Source: an uncultured Planctomycetales bacterium (lineage in GTDB: Bacteria; Planctomycetota; Phycisphaerae; UBA1845; PWPN01). From it: a DNA stretch of 40,127 nt. Both the position numbers and the translations under genes were made by a program. The stretch covers positions 17,565 to 57,691 of the forward strand of contig CAZSYS010000001.1 of assembly GCA_964611365.1 (NCBI GenBank), read 5' to 3'. Positions within the stretch are counted from its first letter, which is position 1. Each line of letters begins with the position of its first letter. The notes below the pieces were generated by a model that worked only from the letters and a program-made list of their open reading frames with translations, did not search any database and was not told where the DNA came from. Of the stretch, positions 1-8,305 are shown piece by piece.

Positions 1-20
1 CCCCCCCCCCCCCCCCCCCC
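1..20. other. C20 homopolymer at the window edge (probable contig-end or sequencing artefact)
   Basis: 20 consecutive C at 1-20, with no coding context. Confidence 0.5.
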
Positions 21-45
21 GCGGCCCGGACAGTCCGGGCCGCGG
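19..45. repeat. perfect inverted repeat CCGCGGCCCGGAC-a-GTCCGGGCCGCGG
   Basis: Hand pairing shows positions 19-31 complement 45-33 without mismatch. Confidence 0.8.
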
Positions 46-59
46 AGGACCGCGTTTTT
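41..59 (+). terminator. terminator-shaped hairpin CGCGG-agga-CCGCG followed by TTTTT
   Basis: 5-bp GC stem (41-45 pairs with 50-54), 4-nt loop and T5 at 55-59. It shares 41-45 with the larger palindrome and lies 18 nt upstream of the araB ATG. Confidence 0.3.
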
Positions 60-76
60 CACGGGAGACACACCTC

Positions 77-1765
77 ATGCCAGGCGCTTACGCTCTGGGG
101 CTTGACTTCGGCACCAACTCGGCACGGGCCCTGATCGTCGACTGCCGGACGGGGGAGGAGATTGCCACGGCAGTGGACGGATACGCCGGTGGCCAGGCCG
201 GGATCCTGCTGGAAGCCCGCGACCCCAACGTCGCCCGCCAGAGGCCCTCGGACTGGCTGGAGGCGGCGGAACGCTGCACGCGGGCGGCGCTGCGCTCGGC
301 CGCGAAGGTCCGCGGTTTCCGCCCGGAACACGTCATCGGCATCGGCGTGGACGCCACCGCCAGCACCCCGCTGCCGGTGGACGCCTCCGGACGGGCGCTG
401 GCCGATCTGCCGGCGTTCCGCCGCGACCTCAACGCCCAGGCGTGGCTCTGGAAGGACCACACCGCCTTCGCCGAGGCCGCCGAGATCACCGCCGTCGCCG
501 CCAGGCACCACCCCGAATACCTGGCCAAGTGCGGCGGAACCTACAGCAGCGAGTGGTTCTGGTCCAAGGCCCTGCGCTGCCTGCGCGTCGCCCCGAAGGT
601 GATGAAGGCGGCACGCTACTGGGTCGAGCAGTCCGACTACATCCCGGCGGTGCTGACCGGCAACAGCGATCCGTCGACCTGGAAGCACAACGTCTGCGCC
701 GCAGGCCACAAGGCCATGTATCACGAGAGCTGGTCGCTGCCGGCGGCCGAGTTCCTCGACCTCATCGACCGCCGGCTGGGCGAGCTTCGCCGCAAAGGCA
801 CCTACCAGCAGGCCTTCACCTCCGACACCAGGGCCGGGGATCTGTGCCCGGCCTGGGCCCGAAAGCTGGGGCTGCCGGCGGGCATTCCGGTGGCCGTCGG
901 GGCGATCGACGCCCACCTCGGGGCGGTCGGCGCCGGCATCCGGCCCGGCGCGCTGGTCAAGATCCTGGGGACCAGCTCGTGCGACATGATGATCCACCCC
1001 AACAACCGCCCGCTGCGCGACATTCCCGGCCTGTGCGGGATCGTGGACGGATCGATCGTGCCGGGGTTCTTCGGCCTGGAGGCCGGGCAGTCGGCCGTCG
1101 GCGATATCTTCAACTGGTGGGTCAACAACTTCGACAAGGGCGAGCGGGCCCACGCCGAGCTGTCGGCCAGGGCCTCGCGGATCCCGCCGGGGGCCTCCGG
1201 CCTGCTGGCTCTGGACTGGAACAACGGCAACCGCACGGTTCTGGCCGATCCCCGGCTGACGGGTCTGCTGGTGGGCCAGACGCTGCACACCACGCCGGCG
1301 GAGGTCTACCGCGCCCTGGTCGAGGGCACGGCCTTCGGGGCCCGCGTGATCATGGAGCGGTTCGAGGAATACGGCGTGAAGGTGCGCGAGGTCATCAACT
1401 GCGGCGGCATCGCCGAGAAGAACCCCTTCGTCATGCAGATCTACGCCGACGTGACCGGCCGGCCGATGCGGATCAGCCGCTCGGCCCAGACCTGCGCGCT
1501 GGGCGCGGCGATCTTCGGCGCCGTCGTCGCCGGCCGCGCCGCCGGCGGCTACGATTCGGTGCAGGCCGCCCAGGCGAAGATGTGCGGGCTCAAAAAGACC
1601 GTGTACCGGCCCGACCGCCGGCGTCATGCAGTCTACAACCGGCTGTTTGCACTCTACCGCCAGCTGCACGACTCCTTCGGCACGACCACGTACCCCAGGT
1701 CGCCCCACAACGTGATGAAGGACCTCCTGGCCATCCGCGACGAGGCCCGCGGACTGACACGTTGA
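77..1765 (+). CDS. araB: ribulokinase (FGGY carbohydrate kinase family)
   Basis: 562-aa ORF. It has the FGGY N-terminal motif YALGLDFGTNSARALIV and internal motifs GTSSCDMM, LEAGQSAVGDIFNW and GGIAEKNPFVMQIYADVTGRP. Length is typical of ribulokinases. GGGAGA lies about 8 nt upstream of the ATG. Confidence 0.85.
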   Translation: MPGAYALGLDFGTNSARALIVDCRTGEEIATAVDGYAGGQAGILLEARDPNVARQRPSDWLEAAERCTRAALRSAAKVRGFRPEHVIGIGVDATASTPLPVDASGRALADLPAFRRDLNAQAWLWKDHTAFAEAAEITAVAARHHPEYLAKCGGTYSSEWFWSKALRCLRVAPKVMKAARYWVEQSDYIPAVLTGNSDPSTWKHNVCAAGHKAMYHESWSLPAAEFLDLIDRRLGELRRKGTYQQAFTSDTRAGDLCPAWARKLGLPAGIPVAVGAIDAHLGAVGAGIRPGALVKILGTSSCDMMIHPNNRPLRDIPGLCGIVDGSIVPGFFGLEAGQSAVGDIFNWWVNNFDKGERAHAELSARASRIPPGASGLLALDWNNGNRTVLADPRLTGLLVGQTLHTTPAEVYRALVEGTAFGARVIMERFEEYGVKVREVINCGGIAEKNPFVMQIYADVTGRPMRISRSAQTCALGAAIFGAVVAGRAAGGYDSVQAAQAKMCGLKKTVYRPDRRRHAVYNRLFALYRQLHDSFGTTTYPRSPHNVMKDLLAIRDEARGLTR

Positions 1766-1887
1766 CAGGCACGGCGGCTCGGGCCCGCATGAACCCCGCG
1801 CCGCCGGTGGCCGGCGGTCCCCTGCCCGCCGGGGCCAGCCCGCGGGCCCGGCACGACGGCCGGCGGGGATGCGCGGCAGAGGACATC

Positions 1888-3381
1888 ATGAAAGCATCAC
1901 CGGTCCTTGTCGGGCTGGGGGGGGCGACCGTGGCAGCGGTCTGCCTGGCCGACGGTCCGGCGACCGCGCCGGCCGGACCGGCCGGGCTCATGGCGGTCGT
2001 GAAGCGCTACGCCGACGCCATGATCGAGCACGGCCGTGACGTGTACGGCCCCCGGCACACCCTGCTGTTCCTCAGCGCGCTGGACCGTGAGACGCTCAAG
2101 CCGCTGACGACCTGCCCCGCCCCTCCGGCCGGCGTGCGGGACATGGATCGCGTCGGGGCAGCCGGCGGGCCGCTGGTGGGGGCGAATCTCTTTCACGATG
2201 AGAATCTGCTGCGGCTGCTGTACGCGCTTGGCGAGATCACCGGCGAACCGCGCTACCCCGAGGCGGCCGACACGGCCCTGCGGTGGTTCTTCACCCACGC
2301 GGCCTGGCCTCAGACCGGCCTGCTTCCGTGGGGCGAGCACATGAGCTGGCAGGTCGTCCAGGACGAACGCGCCTCCCGCTGCCGCGTGCCCCTCCACGAG
2401 ATGGGCCGCCCGTGGATGCTGTGGGACCGCTGCTGGGAACTGGCCCCGGAGGGCTGCGCCCGCTTCGCCACCGGGCTGTGGGAGCACCAGATCGCCGACC
2501 ACGAGACCGGGGATTTCGACCGGCACGCCTGGCCGCACCAGCACCATCCGGGCAGGGACTACGACCTCCCGCGTCACGCCGGCATGTACATCCGGACCTG
2601 GGCCAAGGCCTGCCGCCACACGCAGGACCGCAGGTACCTGCACTTCATCGACGTCCTCCTGCGGCATTACGATGCCAGGCGGCACCCCGAGACGGGGCTC
2701 CTTCTGGCGTGGGCCAACGACGTCGTCGCCTGGCCGCTGAGCTCGATGTCCATGGCCATCGAGTGCCACGACGCGGCCGGGGATGTGCCGCCGGAGCCGG
2801 CCGACCGGTTGCGGGCCTTCGGCGCGGCGGAGGACCGGGCCTTCCTCGCCCTGGATCACGATCCGGCCGGACGCGGCTTCGTGGTCAGCGCCTTCCAGGC
2901 CACCGGCGAGGCCGTGTCCGAGATCGGCGAGCACCGCCTTCAGGCCCGCACGGTCATCTGGAGCGACACCGGAGGCCAGGCCACGACGGCCATGGCCGGC
3001 CTGCTATGCGCCGCACGCCACGGGCAGGTGCCACGGGAAGAGTACCGCCGGCTCATCCTGGCGGCCGCCGCGGCGTACGCCGACCGCCGGCCGGACCCGG
3101 CGCGGGACACCTGGCCCCTGGTCGCCGGCCAGGTCATCTCGCTTGAGCTGATCGCACACCGGCTCTCAGGCGACAGAAGCTTTCTGGACCGCGCCCGGCA
3201 GCGGGCCGCCGAGGCCGTGCGGACATTCTGGCAGGACCGCCCGCTGCCCAGGGCGAGCGTGAAGACCGACCATTACGAAACGCTCACCGGGGCCGATTCG
3301 CTGGCCCTGGCGCTGCTCGAGGCGGCCACGGCCGAGACCCCCGCCGCGGCCCTGGTGCCCTCCAATACCATCGACCGCTGA
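1888..3381 (+). CDS. secreted helical-repeat protein of unknown function (possible alpha/alpha-toroid carbohydrate-active fold)
   Basis: In-frame ATG at 1888 inside the over-extended 442..3381 ORF. The N-terminus MKASPVLVGLGGATVAAVCLADG is signal-peptide-like. Motifs such as NLFHDENLLRLLYALGEITGEPRYPEAADTALRWFF resemble six-hairpin/toroid repeats. I cannot name a family. Confidence 0.6.
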   Translation: MKASPVLVGLGGATVAAVCLADGPATAPAGPAGLMAVVKRYADAMIEHGRDVYGPRHTLLFLSALDRETLKPLTTCPAPPAGVRDMDRVGAAGGPLVGANLFHDENLLRLLYALGEITGEPRYPEAADTALRWFFTHAAWPQTGLLPWGEHMSWQVVQDERASRCRVPLHEMGRPWMLWDRCWELAPEGCARFATGLWEHQIADHETGDFDRHAWPHQHHPGRDYDLPRHAGMYIRTWAKACRHTQDRRYLHFIDVLLRHYDARRHPETGLLLAWANDVVAWPLSSMSMAIECHDAAGDVPPEPADRLRAFGAAEDRAFLALDHDPAGRGFVVSAFQATGEAVSEIGEHRLQARTVIWSDTGGQATTAMAGLLCAARHGQVPREEYRRLILAAAAAYADRRPDPARDTWPLVAGQVISLELIAHRLSGDRSFLDRARQRAAEAVRTFWQDRPLPRASVKTDHYETLTGADSLALALLEAATAETPAAALVPSNTIDR

Positions 3382-3602
3382 CCGGCCGCGGGCCTGCCGC
3401 GGGCGGCGATGCCGACGGGCAGTCCCCCCTGCTTTCCGGCGGCCCGGTCAAGGCTCGCACGCGTGCAGGCCGGCGAACCCGGACCCTCGCCGCTTCGCAA
3501 GGCCTCAAACAGCAGCACCGACCGGCCGGGCCACGCCGGCGCGGTCGGCACCTGAGCCTGGGCCGCTGGAGCCCCGGGGCGTCTCGTGGTACAACCGCTC
3601 TG

Positions 3603-4463
3603 ATGAGCCCTCTGCGCCGCGGTCGTATCCTTCCTGTTCTCCTGGCATGGCTGCCGGCATTCACGGCCGGGCTTGCGGCCGAAGGCCCCGCCAGCCGGCC
3701 GTATGACGGCATCGTTCTTCGGCAGGAGGTCCGCCAGGACCCTCCGATGCGGCTGTTCGTCGCCGAGGTCGACCTCAGGCACCCCGCGATCTCGGTGCGG
3801 GTCTGCCCGGGCGGGCCCGATCCCGACGGACCCGGCGAGTGGGAGGCCACGCTGGCGGTCCCGACGCGGGTGGCCGCACGGGAGGGTCTGGAGCTCGTGG
3901 TCAACGGCGATTTCTTCAGCGTCCGCAGGGAGATGCAGGGTCCGACGACGCTGCCGGCCTACCGCCCCGACGTCTGGGCCAGCGCGATCGGTCCGGCGGT
4001 CACCGACGGCAGGGTGTGGTCCGTGTCGAAGGACAAGCGCCCCTGCCTGGTGGTCCGCAAGGGCAACCGGGCGTCGATCGAGATGTCCGGGCACCCGCCG
4101 GAGGACGCTTTGCAGCTCATCGCCGGCAACGTGATGCTGGTCCGGGACGGCAAGCCGGTGCCGCAGGAAAACAAAGACCGCCACCCGCGCACGGTTGTCG
4201 GGCTTGACAAGACCGGTCGCAGGCTGGTCATCCTGGTGGTGGACGGGCGGCGGCCGGGGGTCTCCATCGGGATGAACTACGCGGAACTGGCGGCCGAAAT
4301 GATCCGTCTGGGCTGCGACCGGGCGGTGAACCTCGACGGCGGGGGCAGTTCGGTCATGGCCGTGCGCGACCCTGCCGGAGCCGGGTTGACCATCCTGAAC
4401 CGGCCCAGCGACGGGCGCGAGCGCCCGGTGGTCAACGTCCTGGGCATCGACGCGGCGGACTGA
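3603..4463 (+). CDS. phosphodiester glycosidase family protein (NAGPA/DUF2233-like), secreted
   Basis: 286 aa with a signal-like N-terminus LPVLLAWLPAFTAGLAA. Motifs VNGDFF, GPAVTDGRVW, RHPRTVVGLDKTGRRLVILVVDGRRPG and AVNLDGGGSS are typical of this family. Confidence 0.75.
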   Translation: MSPLRRGRILPVLLAWLPAFTAGLAAEGPASRPYDGIVLRQEVRQDPPMRLFVAEVDLRHPAISVRVCPGGPDPDGPGEWEATLAVPTRVAAREGLELVVNGDFFSVRREMQGPTTLPAYRPDVWASAIGPAVTDGRVWSVSKDKRPCLVVRKGNRASIEMSGHPPEDALQLIAGNVMLVRDGKPVPQENKDRHPRTVVGLDKTGRRLVILVVDGRRPGVSIGMNYAELAAEMIRLGCDRAVNLDGGGSSVMAVRDPAGAGLTILNRPSDGRERPVVNVLGIDAAD

Positions 4464-4569
4464 GCGATCGCACCGGACCGGGGCCTCAACGCCGCGGCCG
4501 GATCGCGCGGGCGGGAACGGGGAGGGCCATGGCGGCCGACGCCGACCCGCCGGTGGGAGGGACGCATGC

Positions 4570-5859
4570 ATGTCATCTATCGCGCCGGGACCGGTCGCAT
4601 CCGCCGGCCGGCCGACCCGCGCCCGGTATGTCGTGGTCGTCCTGGCCACCGTGCTGGCCATGATCACCTACCTGGACCGCGTCTCCATCGGGTGCATGCA
4701 GAACGAGATCCGGGCGGACCTGGACCTGACGCAACAGCAGATGGCGTACGTGTTCAGCGCGTTCGCGCTGGCGTATGCGGCCTTCGAGGTGCCGACCGCC
4801 TGGTGGGCCGACCGCGTAGGCACCCGGCGGGTGCTGGCCCGCATCGTGCTGTGGTGGTCGGGCTTCACGATCCTGACCGGCGGAGCGTTCAACTTCGTCT
4901 CGCTGCTGGCCACGCGCTTCCTGTTCGGCGCGGGCGAGGCCGGCGCCTGGCCGGGTGTGGCCAGGACGTTTGCCCGCTGGATTCCGCGGCGGGAGCGGGG
5001 GCGGATTCAGGGCATCTTCTTCGCCGGGGCTCACCTGGCCGGCGGGCTCACGCCGCTGCTGGTGAGCGTGCTGCTGCCGCGGCTGACCTGGCGCGGGGTG
5101 TTCCTGGTGTTCGGCCTGATCGGATTCGTCTGGGTGGCGGTCTGGCGGGCCTGGTACCGCGACGACCCGGCCGGGCATCCCGCGGTCAACGCCGCGGAGC
5201 TGGAGCGGATTCTCGCCGAACGCCATATCGGCGGGCCGCACCCGACCGGCTGGGCATTCTGGGGGCGGCTGCTCGCCCGGCGCAACACTCTGGCCCTGTG
5301 CGTGATGTACTTCCCCAACAGCTTCGCGGTCTATTTCTGCATGACCTGGCTGCCGACCTACCTGGGCGAGCACCACAGGCTGGGCGAGGCGGAACTGGCC
5401 ATCTTCGCGGGCCTGCCGCTGATGATGAGCATCCTGGGCGACCTGCTCGGCGGAGCGGCCACCGATCTGGCTTCGCGCCGGTTCGGGCTGCGGGCCGGAC
5501 GGAGCTTCGTGGGCGGCGCGGCCTGCGCAGCGGCCGGGCTGGCCATGATCCTGGCCGCGACCACCGACCGGGGCATGCTCTCCGGCTGGCTGATCGGCGC
5601 GGCGGTGGGCGCGAGCATGTTTTCGCTGGCCCCGTCCTGGGCGACCTGCATCGACGTGGCCGGCGAGCACTCCGGCGTGCTCAGCGCGCTGATGAACACC
5701 TCCGGCCAGATCGGCAGCCTGCTCAGCCCGATCGTGGTCCTGCATCTGGCCCGGGGGCCGGGGGGCTGGAACGCCCCGCTGTACCTGATGGGGGCCCTGT
5801 TCCTGATCGGCGCCGCCGCCTGGTGCCTGATCGATCCGGGGAAGCGGGTGTTCGACTGA
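4570..5859 (+). CDS. MFS transporter, anion:cation symporter (ACS, hexuronate/glucarate-like) type
   Basis: 429 aa with about 12 hydrophobic segments. N-terminal motifs YLDRVSIGCMQNEIRADLDLTQQQMAYVFSAF and ADRVGTRRVL are typical of ACS-family MFS. GGGAGGGA lies about 9 nt upstream. Confidence 0.8.
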   Translation: MSSIAPGPVASAGRPTRARYVVVVLATVLAMITYLDRVSIGCMQNEIRADLDLTQQQMAYVFSAFALAYAAFEVPTAWWADRVGTRRVLARIVLWWSGFTILTGGAFNFVSLLATRFLFGAGEAGAWPGVARTFARWIPRRERGRIQGIFFAGAHLAGGLTPLLVSVLLPRLTWRGVFLVFGLIGFVWVAVWRAWYRDDPAGHPAVNAAELERILAERHIGGPHPTGWAFWGRLLARRNTLALCVMYFPNSFAVYFCMTWLPTYLGEHHRLGEAELAIFAGLPLMMSILGDLLGGAATDLASRRFGLRAGRSFVGGAACAAAGLAMILAATTDRGMLSGWLIGAAVGASMFSLAPSWATCIDVAGEHSGVLSALMNTSGQIGSLLSPIVVLHLARGPGGWNAPLYLMGALFLIGAAAWCLIDPGKRVFD

Positions 5860-5899
5860 GGCCCGCCGGAGCCGGGCGGGAAAGCACGGAGCGCAGACC

Positions 5900-6934
5900 A
5901 TGAATTCACGGGACCGCGTCTTTGCCGCCCTCCGCCGGCAGGTTCCCGACCGGGTGCCGGTGCTGGAGTTCCTGGTGGACGAGAAGGTCGCGCGGGCGGC
6001 GGTGCCCGGCTGCATCGACGCGGCCGACTGCATGGACCGCCTGGACGCCGACGGCGTGGGCTGCGGCGCGTTCTTCGCCCGGATCCGCGAGAACCCCGAC
6101 GGATCGTACGTGGACGAGTGGGGCGTGACCTATCGACCCGGACCGGAGGCCGTCGCGCACCCCGTGGCCGGACCGATCCGCACGATGCGGGACGCCGAGG
6201 AATACACGCCGCCGGACCCGCACGCGCCCGGCCGGCTGGGGCGCCTGCCGGACCTGGTCGCCCGGTACAGGGGCCGGCGGGCGATCTGCTTCCACCACCG
6301 GGCGGCGTTCATGTGGTCGGCCTACCTGATGGGGCTGGACGGCATCCTCATGAACATGGCCGCCGAGCCGGGGCTGGTCGAACTGGTCATGGACAAGGTC
6401 CTGGCCTGCAACATGGAGATCGTGCGGTCGGCGATCCGGGCCGGCGCGGAGATCATCGTCCTTGGCGACGATTACGCCGGCAACCAGGGGCCGATGATGA
6501 GTCCGGCGATGTTCCGCCGGTTCATTCTGCCGCGGCTGCGGCGCATGATCGAGCTGATCCACGAGGAGGGGGCGTTCTGCGTCAAGCACTCCGACGGCAA
6601 CCTCTACCCCCTGCTGGAGATGATCGTCTCGGCCGGGCCGGACGGGCTGAACCCCATCGAGCCGGCCGCGGGCATGGACCTGGGGACCGTCAAGCGGCTG
6701 GTGGGCGACCGGGTGTGCCTGATCGGCAACATCGACTGCGGGCAACTGCTGCCGCACGGCTCGCCCGAGGAGGTTGAGGAGGCGGTCCGCCGGGCCATCG
6801 CCGACGCCGCCGGCGGGGGCGGCTACATCCTCAGCTCGTCCAACAGCATTCACTCGTCCTGCCGGCCGGAGAACCTTGTGGCGATGATCCGGGCCTGTCA
6901 CCGCCACGGCCGCTATCCTGCGCCCGGTTGCTGA
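5900..6934 (+). CDS. uroporphyrinogen decarboxylase (URO-D) family protein, non-HemE context
   Basis: 344 aa. The N-terminus RDRVFAALRRQVPDRVPV and the GDDYAGNQGPMMSP / KHSDGN / GLNPIEP pattern are typical of URO-D/MtaA-like TIM barrels. Confidence 0.7.
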   Translation: MNSRDRVFAALRRQVPDRVPVLEFLVDEKVARAAVPGCIDAADCMDRLDADGVGCGAFFARIRENPDGSYVDEWGVTYRPGPEAVAHPVAGPIRTMRDAEEYTPPDPHAPGRLGRLPDLVARYRGRRAICFHHRAAFMWSAYLMGLDGILMNMAAEPGLVELVMDKVLACNMEIVRSAIRAGAEIIVLGDDYAGNQGPMMSPAMFRRFILPRLRRMIELIHEEGAFCVKHSDGNLYPLLEMIVSAGPDGLNPIEPAAGMDLGTVKRLVGDRVCLIGNIDCGQLLPHGSPEEVEEAVRRAIADAAGGGGYILSSSNSIHSSCRPENLVAMIRACHRHGRYPAPGC

Positions 6935-6973
6935 AGCCGCCGGCGTCCGGCCCGAATCCCCGGGCGATGGTCG

Positions 6974-8095
6974 TCAAGGAGCCTGCCACTCGATGCGGGC
7001 CGCGTACTCGCGGGCGATGGCCAGAAAAGCCTCGTAGATGCCCCGGACGTCGTCGTCGGGGCCGCAGGTCAGGCAGGGAATCGCGATCACGTCCGGGGCC
7101 AGCGACTCCATCACATGGCGGTAGTCGGCCAGGTTCTCCGCCGGCGTGCCGGTGAACTCGAAGTAGATCACGCCCCGGCCCTTGAAAGCCCTGCGCAGGG
7201 CCGGCAGGTCGCGGCTGGAGTATCGGTAGGCCAGGTCCACCGCCCGGATGGGCGGGTCGTGGCTGAGGTATTCTCCGGCGCAGGGGTTGGGGCCGCAGTT
7301 GTGCAGCATGCCGCCCCCGAATCGCCGGAAGATGCGGTTGTTGAAGGGCTTGCTGAAGCGGTTGAAGCATGCCGGCGAGTACATCGCCGAGATGTCGTCG
7401 GAGCAGTGGCCTTTGCGGCCTTCCGGGTGCCACCAGTAGGGAAAGTCGCTGCAGGTGACGTGGTCGATGCCGCCGGCCGCCTCGATGGTCGCCTCGGCGA
7501 AGCGGATGAACGTATCGGTGATGAAGCCGGCCAGATGCTCCAGCGCCTCGGGGGCCTCGACCATGGCCGTCAGGCAGGCCTCGCTGCCCAGGAGCGTGAA
7601 GGCGACGTTCATCGCTCCGCCCATGTCCAGGCAGGAGACCGGCACCTGCCCGTCGGTCCGCTCGACGAAGCTGCGCACCCGCCGCAGGCCCTCGGGCATC
7701 AGCCCGTCCGTCAAAGGATCCGGCGGCTTGAGGCCGTAAGCCTGGTCGACGCTGGCCAGCAGCGGCCTGCGGATGGTGCAGGTCTGTTCGGTGTTCTCGC
7801 CGAAGACCACCTCGCCGCCCAGGGCGCTCTCGATGACCACGCAGCCCACGTCCGGACGCATCGAGGGAATGTAGTCGTCGGGAACGAGCTCCAGCGAGAG
7901 TCTGACCTTCTCCAGCTCCAGCCGGAACTGCTTGTCGCCGTCGAGGAAATGGTCGCGCGTGGAGTAGCCCCAGGGATTGGACTCCACGCGCAGCATGACC
8001 GGGATGTGGTCCACCCGGCGGTAGTCCCACACCCGCCGGATACACTCGCGGCGACGCTCGATCTCGTCCAGCATGGCGGCCGACAGCAGCGCCAT
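6974..8095 (-). CDS. URO-D-like family protein (divergent paralogue)
   Basis: 373 aa, convergent with the previous gene across a 39-bp gap. It has a URO-D-like N-terminal region (RRVWDYRRVDHIPVML) and an HNCGPNPC motif containing an H-x-C arrangement. Confidence 0.55.
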   Translation of the reverse strand: MALLSAAMLDEIERRRECIRRVWDYRRVDHIPVMLRVESNPWGYSTRDHFLDGDKQFRLELEKVRLSLELVPDDYIPSMRPDVGCVVIESALGGEVVFGENTEQTCTIRRPLLASVDQAYGLKPPDPLTDGLMPEGLRRVRSFVERTDGQVPVSCLDMGGAMNVAFTLLGSEACLTAMVEAPEALEHLAGFITDTFIRFAEATIEAAGGIDHVTCSDFPYWWHPEGRKGHCSDDISAMYSPACFNRFSKPFNNRIFRRFGGGMLHNCGPNPCAGEYLSHDPPIRAVDLAYRYSSRDLPALRRAFKGRGVIYFEFTGTPAENLADYRHVMESLAPDVIAIPCLTCGPDDDVRGIYEAFLAIAREYAARIEWQAP

Positions 8096-8305
8096 CGCCC
8101 GGTCCCCCGTCGATGCCCGGCGGTCGCAGTGCGTGCGCTGCGGCCACGCGCCGCACGCGGCCCCGGCGACCGCGGGCCAGTATAGCCGGGGACCGGGCCC
8201 GCCGACAGCGCCATCATCGTCAGTCCCGGTCGGCGCGAACCACCGCCGTCGCGCCGAAACAGCTCCGGCCCGATCGACGGTGGTGAGGAGGGTGCACGGG
8301 AAAGA

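Noticed and set aside
59-1708. 549-aa minus-strand ORF antisense to araB. The same applies to similar antisense giants at 4573-6033 (-), 5906-6907 (-), 7115-8185 (+), 8312-9625 (+), 9475-11073 (+), 12578-14323 (-), 22186-23664 (+), 24504-26513 (-) and 35619-37106 (+).
   Set aside because: Their composition is Arg/Pro/Gly/Ala-dominated and low-complexity, with no recognisable motifs. Each is exactly antisense to a gene with strong family signatures. Stop-free antisense frames are expected in high-GC DNA.
442-3381. 979-aa ORF suggesting a giant fusion protein
   Set aside because: Its first about 480 codons are an out-of-frame read-through of araB and are RGP-rich nonsense. A signal-peptide-bearing start at 1888 gives a sensible 497-aa protein.
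8179-8184. TATACT (minus strand) considered as the -10 element for the URO-D-like gene
   Set aside because: No acceptable -35 hexamer lies at 16-18 nt spacing. The support is too weak to list as a feature.
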